NCBI RefSeq assembly: GCF_042872425.1 | Contig: NZ_JBIAKK010000002.1 | Location: 224,785-264,784, forward strand | Direction of reading: 5' to 3' | Source of the DNA: Streptomyces sp. NPDC005262 | GTDB taxonomy: Bacteria; Actinomycetota; Actinomycetes; Streptomycetales; Streptomycetaceae | DNA length: 40,000 nt | Shown here: positions 33,944 through 40,000 of the stretch, one piece after another | How the letters are laid out: the number at the start of each line of letters is the position of its first letter | Position numbering within the stretch: the first letter of the stretch is position 1 | Made by a program: the position numbers and the translations under genes | Notes under the pieces: generated by a model | What the model was told of the DNA's origin: nothing | What the model saw: only the letters and a program-made list of their open reading frames with translations | Database searches by the model: none

Positions 33944-35746
33944 ATGGCTGACTTCACCGTGGGGGACGACCACTTCCGGCTCGACGGGAACCCCGTACGC
34001 CTGCTGTCGGGGGCCCTGCACTATTTCCGGGTGCATGAGGCGCAGTGGGATCACCGGCTTTCGATGCTTCGGGCCATGGGCCTGAACTGTGTCGAGACGT
34101 ACGTTCCGTGGAACGCCCATGAGCCGGAGCCCGGTGTGTTCCGGGACGTGGCGGCGCTGGGCCGGTTCCTGGACGCGGCGCACCGGGCCGGACTGTGGGC
34201 GATCGTCCGCCCGGGTCCGTACATCTGCGCCGAGTGGGAGAACGGCGGGCTGCCGGTCTGGGTGACGGGGCGGTTCGGGCGTCGCGTGCGAAGCCGGGAG
34301 GCCGGGTATCTGGGGGTGGTCGAGCGGTGGTTCGCACAGCTGCTGCCGCAGGTGGTGGAGCGGCAGATCGACCGCGGCGGCCCGGTGATCATGGTCCAGG
34401 TGGAGAACGAGTACGGCAGCTACGGCACCGACGCGGTCTATCTGCGACGACTCGCGGACATGCTGGGCGAGCAGGGGGTGAGCGTTCCGCTGTTCACGTC
34501 CGACGGGCCGGAGGACCACATGCTGACGGGCGGATCCGTGCCCGGTCTGCTCGCCACGGCGAACTTCGGGTCGGGGGCGCGTGAGGCGTTCGAGGTGCTG
34601 CGCCGGCATCAGCCGAAGGGTCCGCTGATGTGCATGGAGTTCTGGTGCGGCTGGTTCGGGCACTGGGGTGCTCCGCCGGTCGTAGGGGAACCCGTGCAGG
34701 CCGCCGCCGCGCTGCGGGAGATCCTGGAGTGCGGGGCGTCCGTGAACATCTACATGGCGCACGGGGGAACGAACTTCGCGGGCTGGGCGGGGGCCAACCG
34801 GTCCGGTCCGCTGCAGGACGAGGACTTCCTGCCGACGGTGACGTCGTACGACTACGGCGCCCCGATCGACGAGTACGGGCGGCCCACGGAGAAGTTCTGG
34901 CTGTTCCGGGAGGTCCTCGCCGAGTTCGCGGACGGTCCGCTTCCTGATCTGCCGCCGGAGCCGGCCGGGCTCGCGGCGCCGGTGCGGGCGGAGCTGACCG
35001 GGTGGGTGCCGCTGTCCGGCGTGCTGGAGGTGCTGGGCGACCCGGAACCGGCGGAATCCGGCGTTCCGCCGACGTTCGAGGAGCTGGGCGTCGACCGGGG
35101 TCTGGTGCGCTATCAGGTGGACGTCCCTGGTCCGCGGCAGCCCTACACGCTGGGGGTGACGGGCCTCCGGGACCGGGCTGTGGTGTACGTGAACGGCGTC
35201 CGGGAAGGCGTGCTGGGCGACGGGAGCACCACCCTGGACACGCCCGTGGCCGGGCCCGCGTCCGTCGAGCTGTGGGTGGAGTCGCTGGGCCGGGTCAACT
35301 ACGGGCCGCGGCTGGGTGAGCCGAAGGGCATCACGGGCGGCGTGCTGCACGAGCGGCAGTACCTGCACGGTGTACGGGCCAGGGCGCTGCGGCTGGCCGC
35401 TTTCGACGAGCCGGGCGCGGTGGCCGGGGTGCCGTTCGGGGATGTCGTGGAGGGGCGCACCGGGCTGTACCGGGGGTCGTTCGAGCCGACGGAACCGGGA
35501 CCCGCGGATCATGCCTGCCTCGAACTTCCGGGCTGGACACGCGGATTCGTCTGGGTGAACGGTTTCTGCCTGGGCCGCTACTGGTCGGCGGGTCCGCAGC
35601 AGACGCTGTACGTGCCGGGTCCGGTGCTGCGGGAAGGCGCCAATGAGGTGTGGGTGCTGGAGGTGGAGGGTGCGGGGGCCCCGTACGCGGAGCTCGGCCC
35701 GGGTGTGCCCGTCCACATGGGCACACCCGGAAGTGATCGGAGCTGA
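33944..35746 (+). CDS. Glycoside hydrolase family 35 beta-galactosidase
   Basis: ATG 33944 is preceded by CAGGAGAG and gives 600 aa. Motifs are LSGALHYFRV...LNCVETYVPWNAHEP...RPGPYICAEWENGGLP...MVQVENEYG. Confidence 0.85.
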   Translation: MADFTVGDDHFRLDGNPVRLLSGALHYFRVHEAQWDHRLSMLRAMGLNCVETYVPWNAHEPEPGVFRDVAALGRFLDAAHRAGLWAIVRPGPYICAEWENGGLPVWVTGRFGRRVRSREAGYLGVVERWFAQLLPQVVERQIDRGGPVIMVQVENEYGSYGTDAVYLRRLADMLGEQGVSVPLFTSDGPEDHMLTGGSVPGLLATANFGSGAREAFEVLRRHQPKGPLMCMEFWCGWFGHWGAPPVVGEPVQAAAALREILECGASVNIYMAHGGTNFAGWAGANRSGPLQDEDFLPTVTSYDYGAPIDEYGRPTEKFWLFREVLAEFADGPLPDLPPEPAGLAAPVRAELTGWVPLSGVLEVLGDPEPAESGVPPTFEELGVDRGLVRYQVDVPGPRQPYTLGVTGLRDRAVVYVNGVREGVLGDGSTTLDTPVAGPASVELWVESLGRVNYGPRLGEPKGITGGVLHERQYLHGVRARALRLAAFDEPGAVAGVPFGDVVEGRTGLYRGSFEPTEPGPADHACLELPGWTRGFVWVNGFCLGRYWSAGPQQTLYVPGPVLREGANEVWVLEVEGAGAPYAELGPGVPVHMGTPGSDRS

Positions 35747-35756
35747 TGCCTCGGCG

Positions 35757-36635
<879 letters not shown>

Positions 36636-36776
36636 TTATCGGGAAGCGCTCACCGACCCCACAAGGTCCACTTTTCGGCCAATGTCACGAACGGCCCTCA
36701 CTCCCGTCCTCACCACCGACCGGCCCGCATCCCCTTACAGTGGAGGCCGGTTGAGCGTCACGGAGGGGGTGCGGGC

Positions 36777-37676
36777 GTGACAAGCGACAGTCCGGTGGTA
36801 CATGGCTTCCCTCATCTCGACACCGTCCGGTCCGCGATCACCGCGCTGTACCGGAGGCTGTCCTACGACGGTGTCCGCAGTTACGCCCCGAGCCTCGTGC
36901 CCGCCGACGCGGCCTTCTCCGACCAGGACGATCTGCATCTCGGCGCGCAGCGGGTGGCGCGGGCCATGGTCCAGCACCTGCATCTGCCGGACGCCCGCAT
37001 GATCGTCGCGTTCCGGGCGATGGAACATGCGGGGAGCGTCGAACTCGCGGCGGGCCCCGAGTACTTCATCGAGCTCAACGACCGCTTCCGCACCCACCGC
37101 AGGGACATCGGCGCCGCGCTCTCGCACGAGGTCATGCATGTGCTGCTGCACCGGCTCGGCCTGGAGTTTCCCGGTACACGCGACAACGAGATCCTCACCG
37201 ACACCGCGGCGGCGTACCTGGGCGCGGGCTGGCTGCTGCTCGACGCGTTCCGGGAGGACGGCACGTCCAGCCAGAAACTCGGCTACCTCACCCCGGAGGA
37301 GTTCGGGTACGTCCTGGCCAAGCGGGCGTTCGCCTTCGACGAGGATCCCTCACCGTGGTTCACCAGCCCGCAGGCCTACGAGGCGTTCGCGGCGGGGCGG
37401 GCGCGGGCGGAGCAGGACGCCCGGCAGCCACCGCTCACGGCGGCGGGGTGGGCGGGTCGGCGGCGCTACGCGAAGGTCCGCCGGTACGCCCAGGACCACC
37501 CGGGCACGGCCGCGGCGCCCGCCCCCGGTGTTCCGTACGCCTTCGAAGGCGGTCCGGACGGGCTGCGGGTCTCGTTCGCGTGCCCGACGTGCCTTCAGCG
37601 GATCCGGGTCGCGGTGCGGGGGCGGGTGCGGGTGCGGTGCGCGCTCTGCCGCACGGTGCTGGACTGCGACACGTGA
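36777..37676 (+). CDS. Hypothetical HEXXH-motif protein with a C-terminal CxxC...CxxC zinc ribbon
   Basis: 299 aa with a GTG start. It carries a single HEVMH motif (SHEVMHVLLH). The C-terminus reads CPTCLQRIRVAVRGRVRVRCALCRTVLDC. Confidence 0.55.
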   Translation: MTSDSPVVHGFPHLDTVRSAITALYRRLSYDGVRSYAPSLVPADAAFSDQDDLHLGAQRVARAMVQHLHLPDARMIVAFRAMEHAGSVELAAGPEYFIELNDRFRTHRRDIGAALSHEVMHVLLHRLGLEFPGTRDNEILTDTAAAYLGAGWLLLDAFREDGTSSQKLGYLTPEEFGYVLAKRAFAFDEDPSPWFTSPQAYEAFAAGRARAEQDARQPPLTAAGWAGRRRYAKVRRYAQDHPGTAAAPAPGVPYAFEGGPDGLRVSFACPTCLQRIRVAVRGRVRVRCALCRTVLDCDT

Positions 37677-37819
37677 GTTTGGGCGGTGGGGTCGGTGCGC
37701 CCGCCCGTGGGCGGTGTCCCCTTCCCCCTCTTCCCGAAGCCGGGGTGCACCGCCCCGGACCCCCGCTCGTGATCCGCCGGAGAAGCTGGTTCTCCCGCAT
37801 TGCCGGCACCTTCCTCCCG

Positions 37820-38764
37820 TCACCGCACCCCGTACACCGGCCGCACCGTCCCCGCCTCCGCCAGCAGTTTCCGGGCGGCCTCCCCCGCCTCCGCCGGCGC
37901 CCACCGCGCACCCCGGTCCACGGAAGGGCCCGGGCGCCAGCCCTCCATCACCGTGATCCGGCCCGCCTCCGCCTCGAAGACCCGTCCGGTCACCCCGTCG
38001 CTCGCGGCCGAGCCCAGCCACACCACCAGCGGTGACACGTTCTCGGGCGCCATCGCGTCGAACGCCCCCGCCCCCTCCCCCGGCGCCGCCATCGTCTCCG
38101 CGAAGGTCTGCTCGGTCATCCGGGTACGGGCCGCCGGGGCGATCGCGTTGACCTGGACCCCGTAGCGGCCCATCTCCGCCGCGGCGACCAGTGTCAGGCC
38201 GACGATCCCGGCTTTCGCGGCGGAGTAGTTGCCCTGGCCGACGCTGCCGAGCAGCCCCGCACCCGAGCTGGTGTTGATCACCCGGGCGACGGGTGTGCGG
38301 CCCGCCTTGGCCTCGGCCCGCCAGTGCGCCGCCGCGTGTTTCTGCGTGAGGAAGTGGCCCTTGAGGTGGACGCGCAGCACCGCGTCCCAGTCGTCCTCGT
38401 CGAGGTTGACGAGCATCCGGTCCCGCAGGAAGCCCGCGTTGTTGACCAGAGTGTCCAGCCGCCCGTAGGTGTCCAGCGCGGCCCCGATCAGCGAGGCCGC
38501 GCCCGCCCCGGTCGCGATGTCACCGTCGTGGGCCACCGCCTCGCCGCCCGCCGCCTCGATCTCGTCGACCACCTGCCGGGCGGGTCCGGGGGACGACCCG
38601 CCGGCCCCGTCGAGTCCGACTCCCAGGTCGTTGACCACGACCTTCGCCCCCTCGGCGGCGAACGCGAGAGCGTGGGCCCGGCCGAGCCCACGCCCGGCCC
38701 CCGTCACGATCACCACACGGCCCGCGCAGAGCCCCGCACCGTGTCCGTCGCTGCTTGCGGTCAT
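37820..38764 (-). CDS. SDR-family oxidoreductase with a C-terminal extension
   Basis: 314 aa. Motifs are VTGAGRGLGRAHA, NNAG and S...YSAAK. It is divergent from the enoyl-CoA hydratase/CoA-transferase genes. Confidence 0.8.
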   Translation of the reverse strand: MTASSDGHGAGLCAGRVVIVTGAGRGLGRAHALAFAAEGAKVVVNDLGVGLDGAGGSSPGPARQVVDEIEAAGGEAVAHDGDIATGAGAASLIGAALDTYGRLDTLVNNAGFLRDRMLVNLDEDDWDAVLRVHLKGHFLTQKHAAAHWRAEAKAGRTPVARVINTSSGAGLLGSVGQGNYSAAKAGIVGLTLVAAAEMGRYGVQVNAIAPAARTRMTEQTFAETMAAPGEGAGAFDAMAPENVSPLVVWLGSAASDGVTGRVFEAEAGRITVMEGWRPGPSVDRGARWAPAEAGEAARKLLAEAGTVRPVYGVR

Positions 38765-38799
38765 CTCACATCTCCTTGTTGGCGATGCGGGGGCAGGCT

Positions 38800-38840
38800 G
38801 CTACCTTCCACACCTAACAAATGTTTGGTGGAAAGGTAGC
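38800..38840. promoter_or_regulatory. 41-bp near-perfect palindrome in the divergent promoter region (candidate repressor operator)
   Basis: GCTACCTTCCAC...GTGGAAAGGTAGC forms 12-bp arms with a 1-nt bulge. They flank an inner AACA-AA-TGTT palindrome. The element lies 36 nt from the SDR start and 10 nt from ATG 38851. Confidence 0.5.
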
Positions 38841-38850
38841 TGATCCGCTC

Positions 38851-39594
38851 ATGGGTGTCTCCACCGCAAGCCCCGTCAAGGGCGTATCCGTCGTCACCGT
38901 CGACCACCCGCCCGTCAACGCCTTGCCCGTGCGGGGCTGGTACGACCTCGCGGACGCACTCCGCGCGGCGGGCCGCGACCCCGAGGTCCGCTGTGTCGTC
39001 CTGGCCGCCACCGGGCGCGGGTTCAACGCGGGCGTCGACATCAAGGAGATGCAGCGCGACTCCGGGCACGACACCCTGATCGGCGCCAACCGCGGCTGCT
39101 TCGAGGCGTTCGCCGCGGTGTACGAGTGCGAGGTGCCGGTCGTCGCCGCAGTGCACGGCTTCTGCCTCGGCGGCGGCATCGGTCTGGCCGGCAACGCCGA
39201 CGCGATCGTGGCGAGCGACGACGCGACGTTCGGCCTGCCCGAGCTGGACCGGGGCGCACTCGGCGCCGCGACGCATCTCGCCCGGCTCGTCCCGCAGCAT
39301 CTGATGCGCACGCTGTACTACACCTCGCGCACCGCCACGGCTGCCGAGCTGCACGCCCACGGTTCGGTCTGGAAGGTCGTCCCGCGTGCCGAACTCCAGG
39401 ACGCGGCACTGGAGCTGGCGGGTGAGATCGCCCGTAAGGACGGGTATCTGATCCGGCTCGCCAAGGCCGCCATCAACGGCATCGACCCGGTGGACGTCCG
39501 CCGCAGCTACCGCTTCGAGCAGGGCTACACCTTCGAGGCCAACCTCAGCGGAGCGGCCGACCGAGTCCGTAACACCTTCGGCAAGGAGGCATGA
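38851..39594 (+). CDS. Enoyl-CoA hydratase/isomerase (crotonase) family protein
   Basis: The crotonase fold has VVTVDHPPVNAL...LAATGRGFNAGVDIKEM...VAAVHGFCLGGGIGLAG. I prefer ATG 38851 over the listed 38821, which would start inside the palindrome. Confidence 0.82.
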   Translation: MGVSTASPVKGVSVVTVDHPPVNALPVRGWYDLADALRAAGRDPEVRCVVLAATGRGFNAGVDIKEMQRDSGHDTLIGANRGCFEAFAAVYECEVPVVAAVHGFCLGGGIGLAGNADAIVASDDATFGLPELDRGALGAATHLARLVPQHLMRTLYYTSRTATAAELHAHGSVWKVVPRAELQDAALELAGEIARKDGYLIRLAKAAINGIDPVDVRRSYRFEQGYTFEANLSGAADRVRNTFGKEA

Positions 39595-40000
39595 CGGTGA
39601 CCGACAAGACCATGACGGCCGACGAGGTCGTCTCCCGGCTCAGCAGCGGCATGACGATCGGCATCGGCGGCTGGGGTTCGCGCCGCAAGCCGATGGCGCT
39701 GGTGCGTGCGCTGCTCCGGTCCCGGATCACCGATCTCACCGTGGTCTCGTACGGCGGCCCCGACGTCGGACTGCTCGCCGCCGCCGGCCGGATCCGCAAA
39801 CTGGTCGCGGCCTTCGCCACTCTCGACTCGATCCCGCTCGAACCGCATTTCAGAGCGGCCCGCCAGCGCGGCGACCTCCAGCTGACGGAGGTGGACGAGG
39901 CGATGTTCATGTGGGGACTGCACGCCGCCGCGAACCGGCTGCCGTTCCTGCCCGTCCGGGCCGGTATCGGATCGGACGTCATGCGGGTCAACCCCGGTCT
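39591..40000 (+). CDS. ipdA: CoA-transferase family subunit A, IpdA-like (3' end outside window)
   Basis: It is absent from the ORF track because there is no stop inside the window. ATG 39591 overlaps the upstream stop (ATGA) and is preceded by AAGGAGG. My translation reads MTVTDKTMTADEVVSRLSSGMTIGIGGWGSRRKPMALVRALLRSRITDLTVVSYGGPDVGLLAAAG..., which matches my memory of the IpdA/glutaconate-CoA-transferase A N-terminus. Confidence 0.75.
   Translation, partial: MTVTDKTMTADEVVSRLSSGMTIGIGGWGSRRKPMALVRALLRSRITDLTVVSYGGPDVGLLAAAGRIRKLVAAFATLDSIPLEPHFRAARQRGDLQLTEVDEAMFMWGLHAAANRLPFLPVRAGIGSDVMRVNPG

Overview
High-GC (about 70%) actinomycete chromosome, Streptomyces-like: the liv-pdtaR-tRNA-pyk order and a close relative of S. 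griseus trypsin both point that way. I call 37 protein genes, 2 of them cut by the window edges, and 1 tRNA. Left to right: a YdeP/FdhF-like molybdoenzyme 3' end, a hotdog thioesterase, livKHMGF, the ANTAR regulator pdtaR, and an odd 75-nt tRNA. A lower-GC patch follows, carrying an HTH/double-LAGLIDADG gene. Then come pyk, a Tat-secreted nucleotidase, an orphan decarboxylase plus N-hydroxylase pair, pepN and marR. Next is a tightly coupled 11-gene operon: Rieske oxygenase, small ORF, PDR reductase, ThDP enzyme, two SDRs, cupin, hydrolase, AspDH-like protein, extradiol dioxygenase and ALDH. It faces an MFS transporter across an AT-rich control region. The remainder holds a RibD-C/DHFR-like protein, chorismate mutase, an AraC regulator with a GH35 beta-galactosidase, trypsin (sprT-like), an HEXXH/zinc-ribbon protein, and an SDR | enoyl-CoA hydratase-ipdA-like module with a 41-bp palindrome. 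I saw no CRISPR array, transposase or integrase. Items most worth a second look: (1) strand composition flips inside intact pdtaR at about 7.85-8.1 kb regardless of gene orientation, and coding strands between 13 and 18.5 kb are extremely G-poor; (2) a well-formed tRNA has a Leu anticodon (CAA) but no long variable arm; (3) a free-standing LAGLIDADG gene sits beside that tRNA; (4) the 11-gene operon has no assignable substrate; (5) the siderophore-type gene pair has no partner enzymes. All calls rest on reading the sequence and remembered family motifs; no searches were run.
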